From Candidatus Eiseniibacteriota bacterium (lineage in GTDB: Bacteria; Eisenbacteria; RBG-16-71-46; CAIMUX01; VGJL01): a DNA stretch of 64,000 bases. Shown piece after piece: positions 9,490 to 25,524 of the stretch; position 1 is the stretch's first letter, and the number at the start of each line of letters is the position of its first letter. The notes beneath the pieces were generated by a model, which worked only from the letters and a program-made list of their open reading frames with translations, had not been told where the DNA came from and searched no databases. A program made the translations under genes and the position numbers. Location: assembly GCA_963792585.1 (NCBI GenBank), contig CAWBWI010000001.1, positions 928,001 to 992,000 on the forward strand, in the 5' to 3' direction.

Positions 9490-11585
9490 TCAGTACGCAG
9501 CGAGCCTTCTCAGCGCCGTCCAGCAGGTGCCGTTCCTGCGGCAGCACCTCCGCCTCCAGAAACCAGTTGTACGGCACCGGGGCAATCGGCCGCCCCGAGC
9601 CGCACGCACCGGCGCATCGAGCGACTCGAACGCCTCCTCCGCGATCGTCGCGGCGACCTCGGCGCCGAATCCGCCGGTGCACGAGTCCTCATGCGCAACG
9701 AGCACCCGTCCCGTCTTCGCGACGCTCGTCGAGCACGGCCTCCGGCGTCCCACGGCAGGAGGGATGCGCAGGTCGATCACCTCGACCGACACGCCTCGCG
9801 CATCCATCTTCGCCGCGACGTCGAGCGAACGCTTCACGAGCGCGCCGTAGGTCACGATCGTGAGGTCCGTCCCCTGCCGCGCGATCGCGCGCGCGACCGA
9901 GGGGCAGGAGGAAGCCGTCGTCCGGTTCCGGCGACGCGGCGTAGATCTGCCGGTAGAGCCCCTTGTGCTCGAGGAAGAGGACCGGATCCTCGCCGCGGAT
10001 CGCCGACTTCAGGAGCCCCTTCGCGTCGGCGGCGTTGCTGGGATAGACGACGTAGAGGCCCGGGAAGTGCGCGAATGTCGCCTCGATGTTCTGGCTGTGG
10101 TAGAGGGCCCCGTGGATGTAGCCCCCAACGGGCACGCGCATGATGACCGGCGACGTCCAGTTCCCGGCCGACCGGTAGCGCATCGTCGCCAGCTCGTTGC
10201 GAATCTGGTTCATCGCGGTCCAGATGTAGTCTCCGAACTGGATCTCGACGACCGGACGGTAACCACGGCAGGCGAGTCCGATCGCCGTTCCGACGATGCT
10301 CGACTCGGCCAGCGGGGAGTTGAAGACCCGGTCGCGGCCGAAGCGGACCGACAGGCCCGTCGTGGCCGTGAAGACACCCCCCTTGTGGTCCTCCACGTCC
10401 TCTCCGTAGACGACGATCGTTCGAATTGCGGGCCATCTCCTCGTTCAACGCATGGTTGATCGCGTCGACGAGGACGATCGGCTCTCCCGTCGCGTGCGGC
10501 GTCGAGCGCCGCGCCCGGCGGAGGCGACGTAGACCGTCGTTCGCATACACGTGGTGCATCGCCGTCGACGGATCGGGAAACGGGTTCGCCTCCGCATAGT
10601 CGGCCGCCTCGTCCACCGCCGCGCTTCACCTCTCCGCACGCATCTCCGCGGCCCGTTCGGCGGTCAGCAGCCCGCGCCGATCAGCTCCGCCTCGAGCTGC
10701 GGGATCGGATCGCGCGCGCGATCGGCCTCCAGCTCCTCCTTCGCGCGGTACTTGGCCTGGTTGTCGCTCGAGGAGTGCGGCAGGAGCCGCACGACGTCCG
10801 CGACGACGACCGCCGGCCCCTCGCCGCGCCGGCATCCGTCGACCGCCTCGCGCATCACCTCGTAGCGAGGCGACGAAGTCGGTCCCGTCGACCTGTGAAG
10901 CGGCGCAGGTTCGCGTATCCCGCGCACAGATCGTAGACCGGCTCGTCGTCTGCTGCGAGATGTGCACGCTGATCGCGTACTTGTTGTCCTGGATGCAGAA
11001 GATCACCGGGAGCCTTCTCGCGGCTCGCCCAGTTCAGCGCCTCGTGGAAGTCCCCCTGGCTCGTGGTCCCCTCGCCCGAGGAGACGTAGACGACCTCGTC
11101 GGTGCCCTCGAGCTTCGCGCCCAGGGCGCAGCCGACCGCCTGGAGATACTGCGGTCCCCGTCGGGCTCGACTGCGAGACGATCCGCAGACCGCGGTGGCC
11201 GTAGTGCGCCGGCATCTGGCGCCCGCCGCTCGTTCGGGTCCTGCGGCCTTGCGCGAGGAAGCGAGAGGAGGATCTCCTCGGGGCTCATCCCGAGCTGCAG
11301 GACAGAAGGCGAGATCGCGGTAGTACGGGTACGACCAGTCCTTGCCCGGGATCATCGCCGCGGCCGCCGCGATCTGGACCGCCTCGTGGCCGGACGCGCC
11401 GATGTGGAAGAAGCTCTTCCCCTGCTTGAGGAGGATCATCATCTTCTCGTCGAGTCGCCGGGTGAGCAGCATCGTTCCGGTAGACGGCGAGCAGATCGAC
11501 GCCTTCGGGCAGGGTCTGCCGGCCGCCGCGCCGCGCCGGCGCTCGCTTTCCCCCGCGATCTGGTCTTCGAAGCTCGCGCCGATCC
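9490..11585 (-). CDS. 2-oxoacid (probably branched-chain) dehydrogenase E1, fused alpha+beta (frameshifted; start approximate)
   Basis: Alpha part: [33 protein letters not shown]. Beta part: [32 protein letters not shown]. Alpha C-terminus runs in-frame into the beta N-terminus within 9852-10616. Confidence 0.88.
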
Positions 11586-11599
11586 GCTCCGTCCCCTCC

Positions 11600-12274
11600 A
11601 CTTGAGACCGCGCGTGCGGTCTCCACGATGCGCGCGAGTTCGGCCAGACGACGCCGTTGCCGGCGAGCATCGTCGCCGACCGTCGGAGGTGACGAGCCCG
11701 GTCAGCGCTCGATCGAGGTCATGCGACAACCGGCGATCCCGCAGGGCACGATCCAGGTCGAAGCCGGTGAGGTCGGTCGTCACGTTCAGCGCGAAGCCGT
11801 GCATCGTCACCCAGTGGCTCGCCTTCAGTCCGATCGATGCGAGCTTCTCCTCGCCGACCCAGACACCGGTCTTGCCCTGGATCCTGTCCGCCGCGATCCC
11901 CCAGCGCGCGACCGCGCGGATGATCCCCTCCTCGATCTCGCGAAGGAACCGATGGACGTCGTGGTGGAGCCGCTTCAGATCGACGATCGGATAGCCGATG
12001 AGCTGCCCCGGACCATGATAGGTGACGTCCCCGCCCCGGTCGTTGCGAACGAGATCGATTCCGCGCGCCCGCAGGAGCGGCCTCGGAGACGAGCAGGTTC
12101 GCATCCCTGCCGTTGCCGTCCGACCGTCACGACCGGCTCGTGCTCGAGCAGGAGCAGGGTGTCCGGACACCGGCTCCGCGGACACGCTGCAGCGAGGAGC
12201 CCGCCGCTGCAGGTCCCACGTCGCCGCGTAGGGCCGAGCCCGGCGATCGAGCCAGGCGACCCGCAGGGGCTCAC
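11600..12274 (-). CDS. lipB: Octanoyltransferase LipB (frameshifted; 3' end approximate)
   Basis: LLLEHEPVVTVGR, DRGGDVTYHGPGQLIGYPI, GVWVGEEKLASIG, TMHGFALNV. Confidence 0.9.
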
Positions 12275-12292
12275 GACGCGCCGTGCCCGGCC

Positions 12293-16063
<3,771 letters not shown>

Positions 16064-16280
16064 GACAGTTTATCATCGGCTCCCCGCGCGGGAAAGGGCA
16101 CCTTCCAGCCCGTTTCCATCATGCCTCCCGCCGGGGGCGTGAGCTCCACCATCGGGAATTCGCCACAGACGTCGGCCACCCATGGCCGTCGGCGAATCGA
16201 CGGCCATCGATCGGGGCGATTCTGCTATCCTCCCCGGTTCATCTCAGGACCTTCCGCCGCGGGTCCGATCGGAGGTACAG

Positions 16281-17767
16281 ATGAGAATGCGCCTTTTGCT
16301 CCCCATCGTCGCGATCGCCGCGCTCGGCTTCCCCGCTGCGGCCCGATCTGCGGCCCTGACCACCGTCCGCGTCGCTTCGGGGCTGAGCCGGCCGATCTAC
16401 GTCGCCGCCCGCGCCGGGGATGATCGTCTGTTCATCATCGAGCAACGCGGCATCATCAAGATTCTGAAGAACGGCGCGATCCTCGGAACGCCGTTCCTGA
16501 ACATAGACGCCCTCATACCCGACATCTCCGGCAACGACGAACGAGGACTTCTGGGCCTCGCCTTTCATCCCGACTATTCCGCGAACGGGTTCTTCTACCT
16601 CGACTACATCAACATCTCGGGCGACACGGTGATCGCCCGCTACACCGTCTCGGCGGACCCCGATGTCGCCGATCCCACGAGTGCTGCGATCCTCATGACG
16701 ATCGACCAGCCATTCGCGAACCACAACGGAGGCACCCTTCTGTTCGGGCCAAACGACGGGTACCTCTATATCGGGATGGGGGACGGCGGAGACGCCGGCG
16801 ATCCCGGAAACCGGGCGCAGGACCCGGCGGTGCTCCTTGGCAAGATGCTTCGCATCGACGTCGACGGGGGCTTCCCCTACACGATCCCGCCAAGCAATCC
16901 GTTCGCGGGCCCTGGGCTCCCGCTCGACGAGATCTGGGACCTTGGTATGCGCAATCCCTACCGATGGGCCTTCGATCGCGCCACGGGCGACATGCTCATC
17001 GCCGACGTGGGACAAGGCGACTGGGAAGAGATCGACTTCGAGCCGGCGGGGAGCGGCGGCCACAACTACGGATGGCGCAGGATGGAAGGCAATCACTGCT
17101 ACAACCCGCCCACGGACTGCAACGACGGCACGCTCGTCCTGCCGGTGCACGAATACAGCCATGGCGGCTCGCCGTTTCGCTGCTCGGTCACCGGCGGACC
17201 CGTCTATCGCGGCAGCGAGCTCCCTGGATTCCAGGGCACCTACTTCTTCGCCGACTTCTGCAGCGATCAAATCTGGTCGCTGCGCACCGACGGACAGACG
17301 GTGACCGAACTGACCGACCGCACCGTGGAACTCGCCCCCGGTGGCGGACAGGCGATCGCGGACATCGCGGCGATTGGAGAAGACGGTCACGGGGAGATCT
17401 ACATTGTCGACCGTGGCTCGGGAACCAACGGCGAGATCTACAGAGTTCAGCTCCGCACGAGCGGGACGGGCGAGCTTCCGGGGAAATACCGATTCGATCT
17501 CGGCGTCTTCACCCCGAACCCGATCCGGGATTCGGGCCGCGTCGAGGTGCGGATGGAGCAGCCCGGGACACTCGATCTCAAGGTCATCGACGCGGGCGGG
17601 CGCAGCATCTCGCACGCTCGTCGAGGGCCCTGTCCCCCGCCGGGATCCACGCGATCGCATGGGACGGCAACGACGCGCAGGGCAATCCGGTCGCATCCGG
17701 GGCCTATTTCGTGCGGGCCGTTGCGGGGCGGGATCGCGCGGAGCGCACCGTGCTCGTTCTACGCTGA
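16281..17767 (+). CDS. PQQ-dependent sugar dehydrogenase (GSDH beta-propeller) with C-terminal T9SS/FlgD-Ig-like domain (one frameshift near 17610)
   Basis: ERGLLGLAFHPDY, NHNGG, GMGDGG, GKMLRIDVD, GMRNPYR, DVGQ; CTD PNP...WDGNDAQG...SGAYFV. Confidence 0.88.
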
Positions 17768-17773
17768 CCCTTT

Positions 17774-18073
17774 CTAGCGCCCGAGAGCGATGAGACAGAT
17801 GAAGACGGCAGCCAGGGAGAGGACGATCATCGGGATTCCGGGCATCGGCTTGCGCGTCTTGACCAAGCGGTAGGCGAAGAAGATCGCGAGTGCGCCTGCA
17901 AAGACGAGGTTGAGCCAGAAACCGGCGCGCTGCCCGCTCAGCGCGAGCACGGAGGCGATCACGATTGCCGCCCCGGCGCGGTATCCGCCCGCGAGGGAAG
18001 CCCGACTCCCCGCACGGCGGTAACCCAGAATCCCGCCGGCGACCACGAGGAGCCCGTAGAGAAGCAGAGCCAT
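17774..18073 (-). CDS. TMEM14 family small membrane protein
   Basis: YGLLVVAGGILGY...GSRASL; TRKPMPG; hydrophobic helices. Confidence 0.8.
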   Translation of the reverse strand: MALLLYGLLVVAGGILGYRRAGSRASLAGGYRAGAAIVIASVLALSGQRAGFWLNLVFAGALAIFFAYRLVKTRKPMPGIPMIVLSLAAVFICLIALGR

Positions 18074-18121
18074 CCCGCGATGCGCATCGAAACCCCCTCG
18101 CGCTCAATCGACCTTCTACGG

Positions 18122-18151
18122 ATCGGGGCGGTCCTCATGGACCGCCCCGAT
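18122..18151 (-). terminator. GC-rich hairpin downstream of C25 protease copy A
   Basis: Perfect 13-bp inverted repeat ATCGGGGCGGTCC-TCAT-GGACCGCCCCGAT; no clear U-tract. Confidence 0.6.
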
Positions 18152-18179
18152 GGAGTGTCGCGCCGATTCCGGCTGCTGT

Positions 18180-21100
18180 CTAGTCCAGCAAGGTCACGGT
18201 CCGGACTTGGGTGAACCCCGGCGCCTTCATTCGAACGAAGTAGACCCCGGAGACGACCGGATGCCCGGACAGGTTCCGCCGATCCCAGTGCACCCTGTGG
18301 GTCCCGGCGGATTGCGGGCCCTCGGCGACGTTTCGGATCAGGCGACCGGCGACGTCGTAGATGCTCACCGAGGCCGACTCGTCGCGAGGCATCGTGAACC
18401 GGATCACGGCGCCGGCCCGCGCGGGATTCGGGAGGAGCGGATCGAGAGCGTACTCGAGCCGGGCCGGAACTTCCGGTGCGTCCACCGTCGGCTCCTGCAC
18501 CGTGATCATGAAGTCGTCCACGAGCGCTTCGATGAGTGAGTTCGGCGCCTGGTCGTCGGCAATGAACCGAACCTGGACCTGATCCGTGAGCGGCACGAAG
18601 GTCTCGATGGCAAAGCTCCGCTCGACGAAAGCGTTCGTGCTGGAGAGAGTTCGCTCCAGATCCACCCAGTTCGTTCCGTCGGAAGTGATCTGGACCGCCC
18701 AGGTATCCTGCCCCGGGTTGTTGCCGAGGTCGTTGGTGTACCAGACCCAGTAGGAGACGGTCGCGCCCGAGACCGCGTGAAGGTCGAACGTCGGCGACGT
18801 CAGGGTCGTTCGGCCGCCGTCGAGATCCGCCTCGCCGGCGGTCCCCCCGACCGAACCGTTCCCGGTCACGAAGCAGGAGACGCCCGGCGCGGCGGTGTGA
18901 TCGTCTTCCGGCTGGACCACGCTGCCGTTGTAGGTCGTCCCGTTCGGGTCGGCCAGGACCCAGAGCCCCGTGGTGGCGGTGTCATTCGAGGCCCCCAGCG
19001 TCCAACCGCGGTTCAGCTCGCAATCGTCCACGAAACCGCCGACCGCAACCTGGAAGTCGATCGATCCGGACAGACCAAAGTCGTCCACCACCGAAGCCGA
19101 AAGCGTCAGCACCGACGGACTCGGACAGGCCGGGCTGACCAGGACCTCGAAGGGCGTGAGCATTTCCTGGGCGCCGGCTGGAATACCCGCGCACTCCGCA
19201 GTGCCGCTCAAGATCTGGATCATCGGGTCGCCGGGGATCAGAGTCGCGACCGGATGCACCGCGTTCGCATGACCCGTATTGCGCAGTGTGAGCGAGATTC
19301 GGATCACTTCACCCGGGGCGACCCATCCGGTTCCGTTGCCCCACGGAGGAGCATCGTCCACGGCGTGCGTCGCATACCCCAGAATCGGCGCCGTCACGAC
19401 CATTGGGAATCCACGGTTCCAGTCGCCTTCGTTCGCATGAATGGCGAGATCGAGGTCCACGACATGGTTGTCCGGCGTGCCGGGCGCGATCACGATCCGG
19501 TAAGGCGCACCGCTCTGGACGATCTCACCGGCAGGGATGTCGCCGTAGGATTGCGTCCCATCCTGGATTTCGACGTACGGATCGTTGCCGGTGAGGACTG
19601 CGGTCACTCCCGTCGCCGGCGCTATGCCCACGTTCTTCAGGCGAATGGTCATCAAAACCGTCTCGCCCGCTTCACAGAGACCGTCGCCATCTCCTTCATC
19701 GACGTCGGCGACCGCGCTTCCCTCATACGTGACATAGGGGCCCGACGGCGGTAGGACCTCGACCGGCTCGATGGTCGGGATCTTGTTGTAGGCGCTGACG
19801 GTCAAGCTCAGCGTCATCGGCATCGTCGGGAGTGGATCCAGCAGAATCATTGCCGTGCCGAGGGCATCCGTGACGACCGAACCATACAGGATGCCATCGC
19901 CATAAAGAGCGCACAACGCGCCCGGGACCCCCACGACGCGGACCTCATATGAGGTTTGACCGATCAGGATGGTCCCGTCATGCTGAACGAGCATCGCCTG
20001 CGGCGTCTTGGTCCGCGCTAGAAGCGACGGATCCCCGAAGACGTGCCAGGTGAGGAACATGTCGGAACCCGCCGTGCCGGCGTATTCGTCCATCATCTGA
20101 CACGAACCGTTGAAACACAGCGCGCCGAAGGTGTGTTTCTGATCCCCGACGAGAAGATCGTCGCAGGCATCCTCCGCGCACATGGGCGGGTTCCATGACT
20201 GGTTGATCGAAGACATGTAGGTCCCGATGGCTCCGGTCGGATTCCCGTTGTGCGAGGCGCGGAGCCACGCTTCCGCGAACAGGTCGCCCCCTCGAACTGG
20301 CCGTTCACGCAGGCAACGCTGAAGATGAAGGGCAGCATGTGGTCGTTGACGAGCGCGTTGACATTCGAGTTGGAGAACCCGGTCGACCCCCAGCTCGTCT
20401 GCGATCCGTGCCCGCAGTAGTTGATGATGCTTCGGCCGTCGTTCAGCGCACTGGAGACCATCGCGGCGGTACCGGTTGGATCGTAGACCTCGTCGACCAG
20501 CGTGTAGCCGTAGTCGAGCAACTTGGTCCGGATATTCCCGATGTGCTGGTAGTCGTACTCTCCGTCGTCTCCAGGCCCCTGGTCGATGCGACGCCCGAAC
20601 CCCTTCGCATACCACAAGGCCCCCGCCGTCGGAGTCTTTTCATAGGCGATGGTTCGGGCGACCTGCGTCTGGACTTGCGCCACCGTCTCGGCCGAAAAGC
20701 GTCCGACGAGGATCGGCGGTACTTGTCCGTCCCCGCGAGCAGCGCGTAGCTTGGATCGGAGGATCCGCCCGCGGCCTGAAACGTCGTGATCTGCGCGCCG
20801 TCACCGACGAGCAGGACGAACGCCAGCCCGCCGGCGTTGTATTCCGTCTGGATCGCGTTCTTGATCGCTGTGGTCGTATTGCCGATGGCCGATACGTCCA
20901 GAACGCTTGTTGGAATCCCCTCCTGCAGTTTCCAGTCGACGAGCGGCTGGATAGCCCCCATGAAGTCTTGATAGCAGACGATGAGCATCCTGCCCCTCTC
21001 ACCCACGGGTATGTATCGCTCCATGCCGAAGTTGACGAACTGCCGCCGGTATATCGGCTCAAAGGCATCGACGATCATGGAGGGCGGTCCGGCCCGATCG

Positions 21101-21744
21101 ATCCCGTTGGTCATATCGGGGCCACCGGGCACGATCTCGATCACCATTCTGCGCGCCACCCGGAGAGTTCCATCCGATCCCCGCGTCTGAAACGGCAGGG
21201 CCTCGATCGTCATCCCCCTGTAGTCGCGCAGGATGTACGGACTGCTTCCCTGCGCGTGTGCGCTCGGGAACCAGTCGGTCGACCCGTAAGCCGCCCCGAA
21301 GGTATAGGGCACCATCGCAGGATCTTCCGTACGGAAGAGATTGCCCTTGGATGGAGCGACCGGCAGGTCCGGGTACTCCTCGTACTCCGCATCGAGCAGA
21401 CGCACCGCCATTCCCCCGCGGTCCGGGATGATCACGCTACGACAGACGTGCGGCAGTTCCGGCTGACCCACATCCAGCAGCCGGCTCTCTCCCGGCAACG
21501 AAATGCTGTAGTACGTCCGCCCGTCGATCGCGACCGGATCGGCGTCGAATCCCCCGATCTCGACGTCGAGAACGATCCGGTCCCCCGAGGACTCCAGCAC
21601 GCGCACGGCGACCGGTTCCCCGATGTTGGACTCCGTCGAGTACCACTTCGCCCCTGCCGGCGACGCCAAGATGGCGCATAGGATCATCCATCCCGAGATC
21701 ACGAACATCCGGGCGAATCGCGAACCGTGCCTCTTCCCCCTCAT
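18180..21744 (-). CDS. Gingipain R-like C25 cysteine peptidase, copy A (propeptide, catalytic domain, Ig-like domains, CTD; frameshifts about 20290-20720)
   Basis: Signal peptide; propeptide PSKG; ERYIPVGE; NYCGHGS and FSVACVNG; WHVFGDPS; CTD ending TVTLLD. Confidence 0.9.
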
Positions 21745-21902
21745 GGAATTCCTCCTGCGATGATGGCGGCGCATCTCACTCGACACCGGCCCGACGGGTC
21801 GGTCGTCCATAAGTAAATCTGCCGCATCAATGCTATCATCATCAGGGAAACTCAACAAGGAAGCGGAAGGCCGGGGTGATCGATCTGTTCTGTTGTCACA
21901 GA

Positions 21903-21933
21903 GAAGGCCGGGGGGGGAACACCCCCGGCCTTC
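21903..21933 (-). terminator. GC-rich hairpin between the two C25 genes
   Basis: GAAGGCCGGGGG-7 nt-CCCCCGGCCTTC, 12-bp stem ending about 27 nt after the copy B stop. Confidence 0.6.
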
Positions 21934-21960
21934 CGTGGAGGAATGCGCGTCGAGAAGGGG

Positions 21961-24900
21961 CTAGTCGAGCAGGGCCAGATGTCGGACCTGCGCGAATCCC
22001 GTCGCGCGCATTCGAACGAAGTAGACACCCGAACCCACCGGCCGCCCGGCATCGTTGGTCCGATCCCATGTGACGCGGTGATCGCCGCCGGAGATCTCAC
22101 CGTTGACGAGCGATCGGATTCGCCTTCCGCTCACGTCGTAGATCCCGATCTCGACCTCAGAATCAACGGGCGCATGGAAGCGGATCTCGGCCACCCCGCG
22201 AACCGGGTTCGGCGAGACTCCTTGTAGCGCGAAGTCCGATGCGGCCGTCGGTCCCTCGACATCGGCGACCGGCTCGACGATGACCATGCGGAAGTCGTCG
22301 ACTTGGGCCTCGACGAGCGAGCCCGGGATCGTCTCGCTGGCCACGAACCGAAGCTGGACCTGGCTGGTGAGCGTCAGGTAGTTCTGCAGGTCGAACGTCC
22401 TCTGAGTCCACCCGCCCGTGCTCAGGTTCGTGTTCTCGAGATCGATCCAGTCGGTCCCGTTGCCGGAGACCTGGACGCTCCAGATCTCGCTGTCCGGATT
22501 GCCTCCGTGATCGTTGCTGTAGGAAACCCAGTAGGAGATCGAGGCCGCGTCCACGGCGTGCAGATCGAAAACGGGCGAATAGAGGGTCGTCTTCCCACCG
22601 TCGACATCAGCTTGATCCGCCGCCCCGCCAACGTCTCCGTTCCCGGTCACGAAGCACTTCACCCCGGGAGTCAGCGTATGGTCGTCCTCCAGCTGCACGG
22701 GATACCCGCCCTCGAAAGTGCCGATCGGATCGGCCTGAATCCAGGCGCCCGAGGTCGCATCATCGTCCACGCCCCCCAGGCTCCACCCACGGGACGCCTC
22801 GACGTCGTCGAGGAACCCGCCGACGCAAAGCTGGAACGGCACCGAACCGGTGAAGCCGTAGTCGCCCGTGAGATTGACCCGAAGGGTGAGGATGAACGGA
22901 GAAGGGCACTCCGGCCGCACGCGGATCCGGAAGGGCGTCATCGTCGCCTGACCGCCGGCGGCGACATCGGAGCACGTGCCGATACCGTTGACGAGCTCGA
23001 CGTACGGGTGCGGCGAGAGGGTTCCCCGCAGATTCGCGGCGTTCGCATGACCCGCGTTCCCGATCGTCAGCGCGATATCCACGGTTTCCCCCGTGCCGAG
23101 CCAGCCGGAGCCGTTCCCGAGAGGCTGCGCGTCGTCCATCGCATGGGAAACGTAGCCCAGGATCGGACGTCCGACGGTGCACGGGAAGGAAGCGTCCCAT
23201 CGCCCGACCTGCGCGTGAATCGACAGCGAGAAGGTGACGACATGCTCGTCCGGGGTGTTCCCGGCGAATACGACGCGGAACGGGGTCAGCCCCGCCGCAG
23301 AGCCGCCCGCCGGGATATCACCGAAGACGGCCGTTCCCGTCTCGATGGTCACATACGGATCGCTCGTCGAAAGGTCCGCCGTGACGGCGGCCGCCGGATC
23401 CGTCCCAGAGTTGGCGAGGGTGACGTTCAAGCCGATCGACTCACCCGCCTCACAGAGTTGGTCGCCGTCCCCGCCGTCGGTGTCGTCGATGCTGCTCGCC
23501 TCGTAGACGAGGTTGGCGTTGGTCGGAGGCATGGCCTCCACCGGCTCGATGATCGGGATCTTGTTGTAACCGGTGACCGTCAAGGTCAGTGTCATCGGAT
23601 CCGTCAGGGAGTCATCCACGGGGATCGCCGCCGCGCCGCCACCGTCGGTGTAGGCGGAACCATAGAGTACGCCGTTTGCATAGAGGGCGCAGAGGGCATC
23701 CGCCACCCCGGTCACGGTCACTGCGTATGTGGGTTCACCGATCTGGAAGCTGCCGCTGTGTATGACCGTCATTTCTTCCGGCGTCCGCGTGCGTACGAGC
23801 AGCGAAGGATCGCCGAACACGTGCCAGCAGAGGAATTCGTTGCCTCCATTGGTGGCGCCGTACTCGTCCATCATCTGACAGGAGCCGTTGTAGCACAACG
23901 CGCCGAACGTGTGTTTCTGGTCTTGTACGAGCAGGTCATCGGCGCCGTCTTCCGCGCACATCGGGGGGTTCCATGCCTGGTTGATCGACGACATGTACGT
24001 CGCGATCGCCCCGGTCGGGTTCCCGTTATGGGTCGCGCGGAGCCACGCCTCGGCAAAACAGGTCGCGCCTTCGAACTGGCCGTTCACGCAGGCCACGCTG
24101 AAGATGAACGGCAGCATGTTGTCGTTCTGAAGGGAGTTGACGTTGTTGTTGTTGAAACCTGTCGAACCCCAGCTGGTTTGCGAACCGTGGCCGCAGTAGT
24201 TGATGATCGTCCGCCCCTGATTCAGGGCGTTGGTCACCATCGTGGCGGTTCCCGTCGGATCGTAGATCTCGTCGACGAGGGTGTAGCCGTAGTTCAAGAG
24301 CTTGGTCCGGATGTTGCCGATATGCTGGTTGTCGTATTCGCCGTCGTCCCCGGGCCCCTGGTTCGAGGCGATCCCGACCCCCTTCGGATACCAGGCACCG
24401 CCTATCATCGGGGTCTTCTCGTAGGTGATCGTGCGCGCCACCTGGGTCTGCACCTGGGACAGGTTCTCTGCAGAGAATCGTCCCACCAGGATCTCCGGAT
24501 ACTTGTCGGTGCCGGCCAGCAGGGAATAGCTGGGATCGGACGCGCCCCCCGCCGCGTGCTGGGTCACGACCTGCGTCCCGTCGCCGACGAGCAGGACGAA
24601 GGCGAGCCCCCCCGCATTGTAGGAGGCCTGGATCGCATTCTTGATCGCGGTCGTCGTGTTGCCGATAACGGATACATCGACCAGTTCCGTCGGAATCCCT
24701 GCCTGAAGCTTCCAGTCGACCAGCGGCTGCATCGCGCCCATGAAGTCGGGGTAGCAGATGATCATCAGCCGGCCACGCTCCCCAACCGGCGTGTATCGGT
24801 CGAAGCCGTAGTTGAGGAACTGGCGGCGGTAGATCGGCTCGAAGACTTCCGCGACCGAGGTCGGCGGACCGGAACGGTGGAGAACGTTCGCGACATCGGG

Positions 24901-25524
24901 CCCGGTCGCCACGGCCTCGACGACGAGCCGTCGCGCCACGCGGAGGGTTCCGTCACTGCCCTGCGCCTGGAACGGCAGGGCCTCGATCACCATTCCTCGG
25001 TAGTCGCGCAGGATGTACGGCTCGCTGCCGTCCGCCATCTCGCGGGGAAACCAGGTGTCACTGCCGTAGAACGCACCGAGCGCATACGGCACCTGATCGG
25101 GATCCTGGGTGCGGGGGAGATTCCCCTTGGACGGCGTGGTCGGCAGGCCCGGGAAATCCTGAAGGTCGGCGTCGATGACGTGCACTTCCATTCGGCTGGC
25201 ATCCGGGATGATCACGCTTCGGGCGACGTGGGGAAGCTCGGGCATTCCCGCCTCGAGCAGATTCGACTCGCCGGGCAGCGAGATCCGGTAGTATGGATTC
25301 CCGTCGATCTGGACCGGGTTCGCATCGAATCCCGCGAGGGTGTACTCGACCACGATCCTATCGGGTGAGGACTCGAGGAGGCGGACCTCCACGCCTGCGC
25401 CTTCCGGACCGCCGAGGCTGATCCAAGCAGCCGAGGCTGTCCCCGCGATGGTGAAGGCAAGCAAGAGCAAGAAGGCGAGGAAGCGCGGGATGGAGGAAAT
25501 CCTCCCTGAATGCAAGAGATGCAT
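21961..25524 (-). CDS. Gingipain R-like C25 cysteine peptidase, copy B (intact, about 1187 aa)
   Basis: ATG 25524 after GGAGGGG; signal peptide; DRYTPVGE; NYCGHGS (His) and SVACVNG (Cys); CWHVFGDPS; CTD PNP...WDRTNDAG...SGVYFVRM. Confidence 0.93.
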   Translation of the reverse strand: MHLLHSGRISSIPRFLAFLLLLAFTIAGTASAAWISLGGPEGAGVEVRLLESSPDRIVVEYTLAGFDANPVQIDGNPYYRISLPGESNLLEAGMPELPHVARSVIIPDASRMEVHVIDADLQDFPGLPTTPSKGNLPRTQDPDQVPYALGAFYGSDTWFPREMADGSEPYILRDYRGMVIEALPFQAQGSDGTLRVARRLVVEAVATGPDVANVLHRSGPPTSVAEVFEPIYRRQFLNYGFDRYTPVGERGRLMIICYPDFMGAMQPLVDWKLQAGIPTELVDVSVIGNTTTAIKNAIQASYNAGGLAFVLLVGDGTQVVTQHAAGGASDPSYSLLAGTDKYPEILVGRFSAENLSQVQTQVARTITYEKTPMIGGAWYPKGVGIASNQGPGDDGEYDNQHIGNIRTKLLNYGYTLVDEIYDPTGTATMVTNALNQGRTIINYCGHGSQTSWGSTGFNNNNVNSLQNDNMLPFIFSVACVNGQFEGATCFAEAWLRATHNGNPTGAIATYMSSINQAWNPPMCAEDGADDLLVQDQKHTFGALCYNGSCQMMDEYGATNGGNEFLCWHVFGDPSLLVRTRTPEEMTVIHSGSFQIGEPTYAVTVTGVADALCALYANGVLYGSAYTDGGGAAAIPVDDSLTDPMTLTLTVTGYNKIPIIEPVEAMPPTNANLVYEASSIDDTDGGDGDQLCEAGESIGLNVTLANSGTDPAAAVTADLSTSDPYVTIETGTAVFGDIPAGGSAAGLTPFRVVFAGNTPDEHVVTFSLSIHAQVGRWDASFPCTVGRPILGYVSHAMDDAQPLGNGSGWLGTGETVDIALTIGNAGHANAANLRGTLSPHPYVELVNGIGTCSDVAAGGQATMTPFRIRVRPECPSPFILTLRVNLTGDYGFTGSVPFQLCVGGFLDDVEASRGWSLGGVDDDATSGAWIQADPIGTFEGGYPVQLEDDHTLTPGVKCFVTGNGDVGGAADQADVDGGKTTLYSPVFDLHAVDAASISYWVSYSNDHGGNPDSEIWSVQVSGNGTDWIDLENTNLSTGGWTQRTFDLQNYLTLTSQVQLRFVASETIPGSLVEAQVDDFRMVIVEPVADVEGPTAASDFALQGVSPNPVRGVAEIRFHAPVDSEVEIGIYDVSGRRIRSLVNGEISGGDHRVTWDRTNDAGRPVGSGVYFVRMRATGFAQVRHLALLD

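Noticed and set aside
22303..25368. 1021-aa plus-strand ORF, and other long shadow ORFs such as 2926-4872, 3737-5821, 44286-46841 and 53094-54881
   Set aside because: They are antisense or off-frame to well-supported genes, carry no recognisable motifs, and are expected in high-GC DNA.
18180..25524. Assembly duplication of a single C25 gene
   Set aside because: The copies differ throughout, with many substitutions and divergent signal peptides and C-terminal domains, so they are true paralogues.
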